64,000 nucleotides of DNA from Podarcis liolepis (Eukaryota): NCBI GenBank assembly GCA_965112155.1, contig OZ218100.1; one strand, written 5' to 3'. Below, piece by piece: positions 41,340-52,472 of the stretch; the stretch's first letter is position 1, and every line of letters starts with the position of its first letter. Under the pieces are notes generated by a model that had not been told where the DNA came from, did no database searches, and saw nothing but the letters and a program-made list of their open reading frames with translations. A program made the translations under genes and the position numbers.

Positions 41340-41557
41340 GCAATAGCAGATTCATGATGGTCCCATAGTAACTGGAATACTTAGCCTTGTTTGTTCTGAT
41401 GTTGCATGTATGTGACTCTTAGCACACATCAAAATATTCCATGATGAAATTTTGATTCACTGAGTGTTGTACCATTTAAAAATTGTCACCATAACCTCCC
41501 TATGACTAAGCATACATTGTTACTTACATATTTCTCTCCCCCCCCCCCATTTTTAAG

Positions 41558-41650
41558 GATATAAAAAATGCAGAGCTAGCTTTGTTTGAGCTGAGCAGAG
41601 TCATTAGTCTGGTCCCAGATCAAGCTGAAGTGTTTGAGCAGCGAGCAGAG
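41558..41650 (+). CDS. TTC13: TTC13 exon 6
   Basis: aag|DIKNAELALFELSRVISLVPDQAEVFEQRAE|gtattt, 93 nt. Confidence 0.95.
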
Positions 41651-41842
41651 GTATTTCTTCCACTTTTAAAAGACTTTCTGATGTCTATACCTTATCTATA
41701 CCTTATTGTTATTTTGTTTATCCAGTTATTTTCTGTATGTTTCTATATGTTTATTGTTGAAAGTTCTTGGTCATATTCCTAATAATATATGAATTAAGAT
41801 TTGATGTTAATCAATATACAGCTATCAATACATTAAGATGTT

Positions 41843-42238
41843 TCCAGTACGTTTCCGAGCACAATTCAAAGTGTTGGTGCTGACCTTTAAAGCCCTAAAT
41901 GGCCTCGGTCCAGTATACCTGAAGGAGCGTCTCCACCCCCATCGTTCTGCCCGGACGCTGAGGTCCAGCGCCGAGGGCCTTCTGGCGGTTCCCTCATTGC
42001 GAGAAGCAAAGCTGCAGGGAACCAGGCAGAGGGCCTTCTCGGTAGTGGCGCCCGCCCTGTGGAACGCCCTTCCAGCAGATGTCAAAGCGATAAACAACTA
42101 CCTGACATTCAGAAGACATCTTAAGGCAGCCCTGTTCAGGGAAGTTTTTAACGTGTGATTTACTGTATTTTTGGTTTTATGGAAGCCGCCCAGAGTGGCT
42201 GGGGAGGCCCAGCCAGATGGGCGGGGTATAAATAATAA

Positions 42239-42272
<34 letters not shown>
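41843..42272 (+). mobile_element. Young L2-clade LINE 3' end with (TAT)n tail
   Basis: Intact frame PVRFRAQFKVLVLTFKALNGLGPVYL...RAFSVVAPALWNALP; CpGs preserved; (TTA)n tail. Confidence 0.9.
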
Positions 42273-42276
<4 letters not shown>

Positions 42277-42309
42277 GACAAAAATAAAATAGAATAAAAA
42301 TACCAAAGC

Positions 42310-42487
42310 TACTCACTCTCCTGAGGCAACGTTCTTCCGCTATTTCATCCAGCGGATTCACGGGACAGCCCATAATATCTTGTGCTGTATTTACCACGCT
42401 CTGTAGGCGCTTCCTATCAGATGATGTCAAACCAGCGTACCACACCGTGATGCAGTATGAAAGGACACTTTCTATTGTTGACCGGTA
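42310..42487 (-). mobile_element. Rex1/Babar-like LINE fragment
   Basis: The minus frame IESVLSYCITVWYAGLTSSDRKRLQSVVNTAQDIMG is typical of the Rex-Babar RT C-terminus. Confidence 0.7.
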
Positions 42488-42964
42488 TTTTATTTCTATT
42501 GAAAAGCATAATTACACTAGTGTTTGTAGCTATCAGCCTTCAGAGGGTCCGTGAATGTCATTAACTCTTCATTTTCTTTGTTAATGTATAGAAGGATGCT
42601 TGTAATAATAGATGCAACAATTTTCTTATAAGCTATACAGATGGGCTTAGAAAAATTTTAATAGAAAGAAATACGTCATTTCAGTAAAACCCAAACCCAC
42701 TTTTTCTCCTTCAGCCCTTTAATACCTGACAAAATTAATAGGTCTTAGTCTGCTTTTTAAAGTTAAATAAATGTAATGTAATATATGCATGTGCTCCAAT
42801 CAATTTTAATGTACAACATTTTAATGTAAATAATGCACTTGTTTCATTACTCAACGCAAAATTAATTTTTTGTGCATAGTTATTACATATTGCAACCTAA
42901 AATCATTTTGAAAATGAAGGATTATTTGTACAATCTTGCTCAAAGTATTATCTTGGTTTTACAG

Positions 42965-43081
42965 ATACTGTCTCCTCTGGGTCAAATGAGTGAAGCGCTG
43001 GCTGACCTCACTAAAGCTATTCAGCTAAAACCCTCCGCACGACTTTACCGACACAGAGGTACTCTTTACTTCATATCTGAG
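42965..43081 (+). CDS. TTC13: TTC13 exon 7
   Basis: cag|ILSPLGQMSEALADLTKAIQLKPSARLYRHRGTLYFISE|gttagt, 117 nt. Confidence 0.96.
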
Positions 43082-43890
43082 GTTAGTTTTCAGTTGAGCA
43101 CCTGCAGAGAATGAGCTGGGATAGGTGCTTAGTCTCAAGGGTCATATTTGCAATGTATTATAAGCTACAAGCTATTCTATCTATCTCCTTTAAAGAGAAC
43201 TGAGTTTGGGAGGCAGGGGGAGATCGCCTATTCTCTTGCCCGATCTCTTGCAACAAGATAGCCTTACAGAATCTGTATGAGGAAACAGGTTCAAGTATTT
43301 TAGACTGAGAGAAACTGCTGATACATATTTTTGTTCAGCACCTATTTTTGCAGGAAGGGTGTACAAAAGCAATTTTCGTGATGATTTTTTAAAAGCATAT
43401 AATTTCTTTATTTAAGGCACGTATACACTACTACTTCTTTAAAGAGTTCAAGGCAGAACACAATTTTTTTTTTAAAAAAAGTTTCATTCTTTTAGAGCAC
43501 CAACTTAGTTACAAAAGTATTATTTCAAAAAGTAGAAGGAACAGCTGATATCTGTAGAGATTTTGGCAGCAGATTATTTCTGGGGACTTTTCTTGACTTA
43601 TTATCACTCCAGTTTCTTCAGTTACCATAATTTAGGTTGCTTTTCCCCTGGAACCATTATAAAAATAGAGGGAACATATTTCTTTTGCAACCTACTGAAT
43701 TCAGTGAAACTCCCAAGTAATAGGTCTAGGATTGTAGCCCAAGACCACCATAAACTGTTTATTTCCTTTTAAGAGTTAATAATTTTGTGATATGGAAGGC
43801 TTGGTATCCTGTAACTACAACATTGTTTGTGTTGCCTTTGTGTTCGATCTAGCAGTTTTCTGTCTGATGGAAGTTGTTTTTCTGTCACAG

Positions 43891-44001
43891 GACTATTCAA
43901 GTGCCCATGAAGACTTTCAGAACTCCCTTGAACTAAACAAAAACCAGCCTATAGCTATGCTTTACAAAGGTTTAACATTTTTTCATAGAGGACTTCTAAA
44001 G
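43891..44001 (+). CDS. TTC13: TTC13 exon 8
   Basis: cag|DYSSAHEDFQNSLELNKNQPIAMLYKGLTFFHRGLLK|gtaatt, 111 nt. Confidence 0.96.
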
Positions 44002-44817
44002 GTAATTATTTTGAATAACTGTGCAATTTCTACTATATGTGTGATGAACGCATATGCTTGTTTGTTTGTTTGTTTGTTTGTTTATTATTGAATTTATATA
44101 CTGCCCTTTAGCTGGAGGTATGTTACCATTAGTAATTAACAAAGTCTGCTTTATGATTGTTCCAATCCAGAGTGTTTAGCCTTATCTACTCCAGGTGTCT
44201 TTCCAAAGGTCCAGACAGGGGCCTTTACATAGCTTTTCACAGCTGTTAGTTGTAACAGAGTTGTTTAATGAGAATGGAACACTTTTGACATGTCAGATTC
44301 AAAATGTTTCAGCAGTAACTACCTTAATTTGTATCTAAGAGACTTCACAGTAACATAATTGTATCAAATAATTACATGTATCTAATTTATCAGTTGGCAT
44401 TACATCTATTTGAGTGTTTGGATTGGTGCTTAAAATATCTGATAAATAAATATAGAAGAATCTAGAGAGATTTTAAAGTTGTTTAGTCCCCCACTCCTGT
44501 CCCTGATGTTAGTTATTTGTTGAGTTTATCATTTGGTTGATAAACCTTAGGCAAATTTGTGATAACAGAAATGTATATTAGTAGATTGGTTGTGTGATCC
44601 TAAGAGAGACTAAGCTTTTTGACATTTCATATTTCAGTCTCTGAGGACATTTTTGCACATGCAGTTATAAATATATTGTCCAATGTATTGCCTTGTGTTT
44701 ACCTGTACAGATCTCCCACAAAGTATTTCCATAATTATTCAAAAATCCCAATAGGAATCTTAATCTTAATAGCACAATATTTTAATTAACAAGAGTAAAT
44801 GGTTGTGTTTTACCCAG

Positions 44818-44900
44818 GAAGCTATTGAATCATTCAAAGAAGCCCTTAAGCAGAAAGCAGATTTTATTGATGCATATAAAAGTCTGGGGCAGGCCTATCG
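44818..44900 (+). CDS. TTC13: TTC13 exon 9
   Basis: cag|EAIESFKEALKQKADFIDAYKSLGQAY+CG|gtaagc, 83 nt. Confidence 0.96.
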
Positions 44901-45419
44901 GTAAGCAAAATGCCTTTACATTTCACTCTTTGACCCTCAAATGTGAATTGTTTAAGGAACATATAGAAGGGAGGTTTTCATCCAGACTGTGTTATGCTGG
45001 TTTGTTAAAATGTTCGGATATCACTTTAGTGATATTATATGAGACTGAAACGTAATTCCAATAATTTAATGAGGGGGGCAAGTTATTTTAAGATTACTTT
45101 GGAGTAAAAAGACTTCCTTTGCCTTAAATAATATATACTTTCAAAGTCATTTTCCTGACTGGTCTTTTTATATCTTAAACAGATTAAATTAGATTATACA
45201 GTCAGATACATATCTACTAAGGAGTAGGAACAATTGCGGCCTAATATTCAGTACATGCATGTAGGATTGCTGCTTGAAAAAAATCACAGATTTATTGTTT
45301 AAAATATTTTTAATATGATACTGATTTTTAGAGCCCACGTTGGTTAATTTCAGTAAATAGCAACTTAGCTAAATAAACATTTTAATTGCTGTTTTTTTGC
45401 TATTTATTTATCACTTTAG

Positions 45420-45561
45420 AGAGCTTGGTAACTTTGAAGCTGCTACAGAAAACTTTCAAAAGGCACTGATGCTAAATCAAAATCACGTTCAGACAATACA
45501 ACTTGGGGGAATGATGCTTTATCATCATGGTAGCCTGAATGAAGCTCTGAAAAACTTTAAG
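45420..45561 (+). CDS. TTC13: TTC13 exon 10
   Basis: tag|(R)ELGNFEAATENFQKALMLNQNHVQ...EALKNFK|gtaagc, 142 nt. Confidence 0.96.
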
Positions 45562-46044
45562 GTAAGCAATTGTGACGAGTTACAGCAGTTCCATCATATA
45601 TACTCATATCTGTCTGTGCTGTGTGTGGTTATTATATATGCAAACAAACATACATACATAAATGAGACACCTTTAGGCTACTAAGCTCTCAAATGTGCAT
45701 ACAATCACAAAGACTTTCATGTTCACTGTCATATATAAGAAAAGTTGCAGCCTTCTTGAGGGCTTCCTTTAGATTGAAAGACTGTCTTGAAATTTTTGTC
45801 CAGTGGATAACAGTAGAAATGGACTGGACAAAAGCCTTTCCCCTGTGGAAGGTTTCTGCTTGTTTGTTTTAAAAACTGGCACATCGCTTCTCCTTTTCTT
45901 ATAACTTCCACATAGACTCAAGATGGCTGGGACAAACTACTTTTCTACTGTCGTGGATGTGTGGATAAAGAGTAAATAAAGATCTGTGGTTTGTTTATCT
46001 GCAATCTCACAAATGTATTGATTATTCTCTTTTCAATTTTCTAG

Positions 46045-46219
46045 AGGTGTCTGCAACTAGAACCATATAATGAGGTGTGCCAGTATATGAAAGGCCTTAG
46101 TCACGTTGCTATGGGGCAATTTTATGAAGGAATAAAAGCTCAAACTAAAGTTATGTTAAATGATCCTTTGCCTGGTCAGAAAGCTAGTACAGAGTACCTG
46201 AAAGTGAAATACCTCAGAG
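46045..46219 (+). CDS. TTC13: TTC13 exon 11
   Basis: tag|RCLQLEPYNEVCQYMKGLSHVAMGQFYEGIK...VKYLR+G|gtaagt, 175 nt. Confidence 0.96.
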
Positions 46220-47045
46220 GTAAGTTGCTGCTAATGAAATATTCATTGTTTCATACCCAGATCCAGGACTTTTTTCAGCTAGAACTCAGTTCCGGCACCT
46301 CTCGGGTGGGCACCATTGCCATTATAAGAGAACAAGGTTCATGGTGTGTTCCAGCACCTCTTTTTCTAGAAAAATAACACTGCTGAAACCTATGTTAACT
46401 TAAGTATCAAATTTGTGCACATTTTTTAAAAAATTGCTGTACGTACTGTATTGTGAAATTCTTTACAGCTTTCTTACCTCAAAGAAAACATAGCAGAAAG
46501 TTTTTTTCAGGTTTACATACGGTGGTAAAAAGTACTTATTTAGGCTTGTACATCAATCCTAGCTATCCATGAAATTTATTGCTAATTGGCATGCCCTTTC
46601 TCTAGATTTGTTTTTAATTTAAAATATAAAGTTATGTATATGACTACTTACGTAACTATTGGCTCAGGATATTTTTTCCTTAATAAAGACTGAATTTGTG
46701 CAGTTGTCCATATGTACCCTGATCAACTGCATACAGTTTGCCAAAGAGTTAAGTATGTATTTCAAGGAAAAGGAGACATATTATTTTAATTATTTAGAAA
46801 ATTTATCCCCCCCAAAATTCTTCAAGTGGAGTACATTGAAATGGCATTGTGAAGTTGTAAGGTTTAGTGGTTGCAGTGATGAAAGTTCCTCACTTAAAGA
46901 ATCTCTGCTAATGGAAGAAATATTAGGGAAATGATCCACAAGTTTATACTACTTTAAGGAAGTACAGTGCTTTTGTATGGAAAGGTCCCCAGTTACAGCA
47001 TGTAAACAGTAAACAGTGACATGGTTGCAGTTTGTGTGTGGATTT

Positions 47046-47220
47046 GGGGGAGGGCCATAGATCAGGGGCAGAGCATGTGCAGAAGGTCCCAGTTCAATCC
47101 CTGGCATCTCCAGGTTGGGCTGGGAGAAATGCCTTTCTGAAACCCTGAAGAGCCACTGCCACTTAGTGTAGACAAGACCAAGCTAGATGAATCCAGCTCA
47201 GTATAAAGCAACTTCATATG
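47046..47220 (+). mobile_element. tRNA-derived SINE
   Basis: A-box-like catagatcaggggcagagc, B-box-like gttcaatccc, and a squamate SINE body. Confidence 0.65.
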
Positions 47221-47335
47221 AGCTCCTTACGTATTTTTCTTCAGCACTGCAGATTGCTTGAAAAGCATTTTGCCTAGAGATCATTTAAGCTGACTTGCAG
47301 GAAAAGGGGCTAAATGATATTTACTTCCTTCACAG

Positions 47336-47492
47336 AATATTCTCGCTATCTGCATGCCCACCTTGATACCCCACTTACAGAATACAATATAGATATGGAT
47401 CTTCCTGGGAAGTTTAAAGATCACTGGGCCAAAAATCTTCCTTTTCTCATAGAAGACTATGAAGAACAGCCAGGACTACAACCACATATAAA
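47336..47492 (+). CDS. TTC13: TTC13 exon 12
   Basis: cag|(E)YSRYLHAHLDTP...KDHWAKNLPF...QPHI+AA|gtaagt, 157 nt. Confidence 0.96.
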
Positions 47493-47499
47493 GTAAGTA

Positions 47500-47833
47500 C
47501 AGTGGTGCCTCGCAAGACGAAAATAATCCGTTCCGCGAGTCTCTTCGTCTAGCGGTTTTTTCGTCTTGCGAAGCAACCCTATTAGCGGCTTAGCGCTATT
47601 AGCAGTTTAGCGGATTAGCGGCTATTAAAGGTTTAGCGGCTAAAAGGCTATTAGCTTAGCGGCTTAGAAAAGGGGGGGGGAGCACAAAAAAATCGGAACA
47701 CTCGCAAGACGTTTTCGTCTTGCGAAGCAAGCCCATAGGGAAATTCGTCTTGCAAAGCAGCTCAAAAACGGAAAACCCTTTCGTCTAGCGGGTTTTCCGT
47801 CTTGCGAGGCATTCGTCTTGCGGGGCACCACTG
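47500..47833. mobile_element. Tc1/mariner-type MITE A
   Basis: TIRs CAGTGGTGCCTCGCAAGACGAA / TTCGTCTTGCGGGGCACCACTG; TA flanks; internal TTAGCGG repeats. Confidence 0.92.
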
Positions 47834-47835
47834 TA

Positions 47836-48368
47836 CCGTATTTTTTGTTCCATAAGATGCACCTGACCATAAGATGCGTGTAGTTTTTAGAGGGGGAATG
47901 CAAGGGGGGGGGGAATTATTTAAAGGGAGCGCTGAGCAGAGCCTGTATGCATCCCAGGCTCTGCTCAGCGCTTCCTTTCACAAGCTGCGAGGAGCGTGTG
48001 TGAGGCACTTGCAGACTTTTCCTCAAGGAGGGAGAAGCCCCCAAGAGCCGCACACACGCTCCGCGCAGCTCTTTAAAGGGAGTGTGGCTATCCCAGGCTT
48101 TTGCGGGAGGTGGGGGAAGGGACAGAGGGGCTGCCCTATCCCTTCCCCCACCTCCCAGAAAAGCCCAGAGGCTCCCCGTACCCTGAAGAGGCTTCGCACG
48201 GCTAAGCCAGAAGCTAGAACAGCAAGCGGGAGCGCTGCGCAGCGATCCCTCTCACTGTTTTGGCTTCTGGGATAGCTGCGCAGCCTGCATTCGCTCCATA
48301 AGACGCACACACATTTCCCCTTACTTTTTAGGAGGGGAAAAGTGCATCTTATAGAGCGAAAAATACGG
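47836..48368. mobile_element. Tc1/mariner-type MITE B
   Basis: TIRs CCGTATTTTTTGTTCCATAAGATGCAC / GTGCATCTTATAGAGCGAAAAATACGG; TA flanks. Confidence 0.92.
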
Positions 48369-49339
48369 TAACTAAATTTACCAATTCTTGGGCTCTACTG
48401 GAAATGTTTGCTAGTGGTAGTTCAAGGTTTAACTTTAATCGCATGGCTTCAAATACAGTCTATGGTTTTATAGAATGTGTTTGTAACAGGTACAAGTTGA
48501 TTTCTAGCCTGCACCAACTCCAAAAATGTGTTCTGCTGAAAATGGACCTATTGAAAAAAATGAACTACTCTGAGTATGACTTAGTCATAACCCTTTATGT
48601 TTTTTGTTGTATTTCAGATTTCTAGCACCAATTTCCCAATACTAGTTTCTTGCTGTTCTATACTACTTTTATACTGGTTTTGTGCTGGTGTTGGGTTTTA
48701 TGTTGGTTTTACTGAGTTAGTTTATGATGTTTAATATATGTTGTTTGGTTGTATTATTGATCCATAACTTTTTAACCTGCCAAGGGGACTTAGTTGGTGG
48801 ACAGCATAATGAGTAATATTAATTTATCGTCCATTTTGTTCTTGAAACTTCTTGAAACCAAATATCTCAACAATCCTAGAGGTCCAAAATAATGAAAAGC
48901 TAGTACAGAAAGTGGCTTCATTGTTCTACAGTATGCCCTTTAGTCTGTACTATAAACAACAGTTTCTGCAAATGTTTCTATTTATTTTTCTTATTTTTCA
49001 CAACAATTCAAATTTTAAGGTGTGTTGTGGCTCTGGAGCTGACATTTCACTTAAGAAAGGCAACTCTGGATTATTCTTTTTCCCCCCAGTTGTATTTCCT
49101 CAGAAGCTGAGGACTCTGTATAGTATGTGACATTCCTGCAAATGAAAGAATTCTGGAAAGCAACTCGATGATCTCTGAAACAGAATTTCTTAGATTATTT
49201 GTTAGAGGCTGCTTAACTATTGGTTGTTCAGAGGGCACTTGGAAGTTGTGATCTTGGTATTCTTGCTGGCAGGATAAGCAGAAGTTAAGACTCCTTTAGA
49301 TGGATGTGAACAGGCGGTCCTTGACCTTTCAATATGTTT

Positions 49340-49855
49340 GTTGGACTCCATCAGATCCCGTGACTTCTATGGTTTAAATACAACAGATAACAGGGTCACT
49401 TATATTACAAAATTAATAATTCCAGTCCAACACAGAGCCTTTATGTTACCCCGACTGAATATTTTCCCCTCAGCTTTCATCAAGGGCAGATATTTAAACA
49501 TCTCCAGAAATGATAGACATTGCGGATGTTTTTCGAATGTGCTGGACACTGTAGAAGGTATTATTTTCTAATGTCCATTGTACAACCAGCTATGTAAATG
49601 CTTGCTATCCTCTTTTTTTTGGGTAGTCTAACATCATGGCACAATGAAAATATCATATTATATTGGTCTGACATTAACCCAGAAGTAACTGCCAGGGTGG
49701 CTGAGTTTTTGTCAGTAGTATCTCTTAGAGTGGGAAGAAACTCCACCGAAAATCCTCGTTATTAAATATTTTACATGCCTGTTTATTTGTATATATAAAT
49801 ATATATATGGATGTTTTATGATGGCCTATATTTGCAATGCCTAATAAAGGTTTGG
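49340..49855 (+). mobile_element. Non-LTR retrotransposon 3' fragment (RTE-X-like, CCHC remnant)
   Basis: RAFMLPRLNIFPSAFIKGRY...RHCGC...DTVEGIIF*CPLY, followed by aataaaggtttg. Confidence 0.55.
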
Positions 49856-49879
49856 CAAAGTAAGTCTCAATCAGAAAAG

Positions 49880-50135
49880 AAATAGCACAGTAGTTTTCCT
49901 GTAGGACTAATTGCAGTCGTTAACAGTCAACAGGTTTACCATATCCATTGGGTCAATCACCCATCTCCTACTATCCTTATGAGAAAAAACCCACCCCACC
50001 CTCCCACTATATATAAGGGTCTAGTGACTTCTGTTTCAGTGTATCTGAAGAAGTGTGCATGCACACAAAAGCTTATATCCAGAACAAACTTATTTGGTCT
50101 CTAAGGTGCTAGTGGACAAATTTATTTATTTATTT
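49880..50135 (+). mobile_element. Penelope-like element terminal repeat
   Basis: ctgaagaagtg...cac(g)aaagcttat...ttggtctctaaggtgct is the typical reptile Penelope pLTR end. Confidence 0.75.
50041..50078 (+). ncRNA. Degenerate minimal hammerhead ribozyme motif (probably inactive)
   Basis: GTAT-CTGAAGA-A-GTGTGCATGCACAC-(G>A)AAA-GCTT-ATAT. Confidence 0.5.
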
Positions 50136-50302
50136 ATGCCCAAATAGAGTTATAAAAAGGAAAGCTGCAATAAACCTTGGCAGGGGTTGGTAATCTTAAA
50201 CCATATTTCTAATGTTTGTCTATCTCACGGGCTGCTACTAATATAGAATCTATGTAAGAAATCATCTTGATATTTAATCCTGGCTTTATTTGTGATTTTA
50301 AG

Positions 50303-50433
50303 GGATGTACTACTTCAGAAATTTGAAAACTATAAACCCGAAATGCAAGAGATTATATGTGTTGCTGATCAGTTGGGTTCCCTAATGCAATATGAGACCC
50401 CTGGATTTCTTCCAAACAAGAGAGTACATAGAG
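50303..50433 (+). CDS. TTC13: TTC13 exon 13
   Basis: aag|(K)DVLLQKFENYKPEMQEIICVADQLGSLMQYETPGFLPNKRVHR+G|gtacac, 131 nt. Confidence 0.95.
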
Positions 50434-50740
50434 GTACACTGGAAAAACTTTATTGAAATATGGAATTAAAAGTATAATGGCGCTTGCTGTGATTAGCATT
50501 GGATATTCAGCAATAAAACATGCTCTATTCATATGGTAGTTCAGCTTATTCATACATAAAAGAAAACTACTATTACAGTCCATTATGTACTGTAAAGTGT
50601 GAATACTTAATGAGGCAGCAACCTCCAGTGATATTAAATATTAGATCCTATGCAGTCATCCACTTGCATCTCTTAGACTGCAATTCTATGCTCACTTACT
50701 TAGAGAGTAAGCCTTACTGAACATAGTAAGGGCATGCATA

Positions 50741-51069
50741 AGGTAAAGGTAAAGGGGCCCCTGACCATTAGGTCCAGTCATGACCGACTCTGGGGTTGCA
50801 GAGCTCATCTCACTTTATTGGCTGAGGGAGCCGGTGTACAGCTTCCGGGTCATGTGACTAAGCCGCTTCTGGCGAACCAGAGCAGCACACGGAAATGCCG
50901 TTTACCTTCTTGCTGGAGCGGCACCTATTTATCTACCTGCACTTTGAAGTGCTTTTGAACTGCTAGGTTGCCAGGGAATTCGAGCCGCCGCGGGGATTCG
51001 AGCCGCCGACCTTCTGATCGGCAAGTCCTAGGCTATGTGGTTTCACCCATATAGCCACCCGCGTCCCTC
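50741..51069 (+). mobile_element. Sauria SINE with internal deletion/duplication
   Basis: 13-bp TSD aagggcatgcata/aagggcatacata; duplicated attcgagccgccg; inserted into a short palindromic element. Confidence 0.9.
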
Positions 51070-51183
51070 AAGGGCATACATAGAATTGCACTATTTTGAT
51101 GCTTCAGCTTCTGCCTCACGTTTAGATGTCAAGTATAAATGTGAGTGGGCTTCACTGGTAACCTACTTCTGTTTGTTGTTCAG

Positions 51184-51316
51184 CAATGGGGCTAGCTGTG
51201 ATAGAAGTAATGCAAGCTGTACAGAGAACGTGGGTGAACTCGAAAGTACGAATTAATGGAAAAACCAGGCTGATGCAGTGGAGAGATATGTTTGACATTG
51301 CTGTGAAATGGCGAAG
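51184..51316 (+). CDS. TTC13: TTC13 exon 14
   Basis: cag|(A)MGLAVIEVMQAVQRTW...QWRDMFDIAVKWR+AG|gtaata, 133 nt. Confidence 0.96.
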
Positions 51317-52379
51317 GTAATAAAGAAAGAAATCTAGTTTGTGAATTATTATTAATCAAGAGTACTAAACTGTAGGCTAAGCAAGTATTGACTTTATAAA
51401 GGCAGAGGCAAAGTGAACTGAGGAAGTATTTATAGATTTTTGTGGTTCCTACATCATTACTTCTGCTGTTGATTACATGATTTATAGCCCTGTCTGTGTG
51501 ACTACTTCACAAAACCTATTTAATTCTTCTAATAAGGGCCATCCCTGGAGGCTGGAGGCCACAGGGCAAATCATAGTGTTTGGACCTTCCTATACTGCTT
51601 GACCCAGGCATGTTGGGTTTTTCTTTTCCCCTTTTCACAATGCTTTCCTCCCCCTACTTCACCCCTTATGCAAATTCTAATTTTACATTTCTTAGTAGTA
51701 TGCCCATTGTGTATCATATAGGGCGATGCATAACTTGAATCTTTAATCCAACTTCTTAGATCAAGGAACAAAAGTTCTTTCTCCTTGCAAACTAAAGTAA
51801 ACAAAGTTAAGTCCATTATTTCATTCCTCTTAACATTTCAGATTTGGTTATAGCAATAGTTGTACAGAACATCACCAAGATAACCTTGGTTTCCTGAAGA
51901 GCTAACCAGTTTTGTAAGATGTAAAGGCTCAGTGATTCTCCATTCTCTCTGTCCTTCCCATTCTCTTCCTTGGCAGTGTTGCCAGCTGTCTTCTGAATGC
52001 AGACGTGTTGCAGTCGGGCCCCAATCCTCCTCCTATGCTTATGTTTTTGCAACTGTAAGAGGGCTTCCAGGTCAGCATTTGGGGTGCATTCCCAGGCAGT
52101 GCTGCTGGCCATGGGTTTCATTATTGGTGCTATGGTGAGGTCCCCCCCACCCAAAGTCCACATTGGTTGCGCAGGTTCCCACCACCACCGCCCCACATCC
52201 CTTAGGAATTAGTTTGATTCTGATCTCCAAGTTAATTTCCTCTAACTCTTGAGGTTAGCCCATTATTGTAGGTGGAAGAAAGCAATGAAAGCTTTCTTTA
52301 AAAATAGATGAAAAAATTAAACCTGAATTAATACAACTACCAAATCTGTAAGCAGTGTTGATGTTGTGTCTCTTTACAG

Positions 52380-52472
52380 GATAGCTGACCCAGACCAGCC
52401 TGTACTGTGGTTAGACCAAATGCCAGCTCAAAGTCTTAGCAGAGGCTTTAATAATCACATCAATCTAATCAG
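52380..52472 (+). CDS. TTC13: TTC13 exon 15
   Basis: cag|(R)IADPDQPVLWLDQMPAQSLSRGFNNHINLI+AG|gtatga, 93 nt. Confidence 0.96.

Noticed and set aside
47046-47110. tRNA gene
   Set aside because: Only decayed A/B boxes continuing into a SINE body; no cloverleaf.
47575-47670. Short TTAGCGG repeats resembling a CRISPR-like or telomeric array
   Set aside because: Degenerate tandem repeat inside a mariner MITE in vertebrate DNA; no unique spacers.
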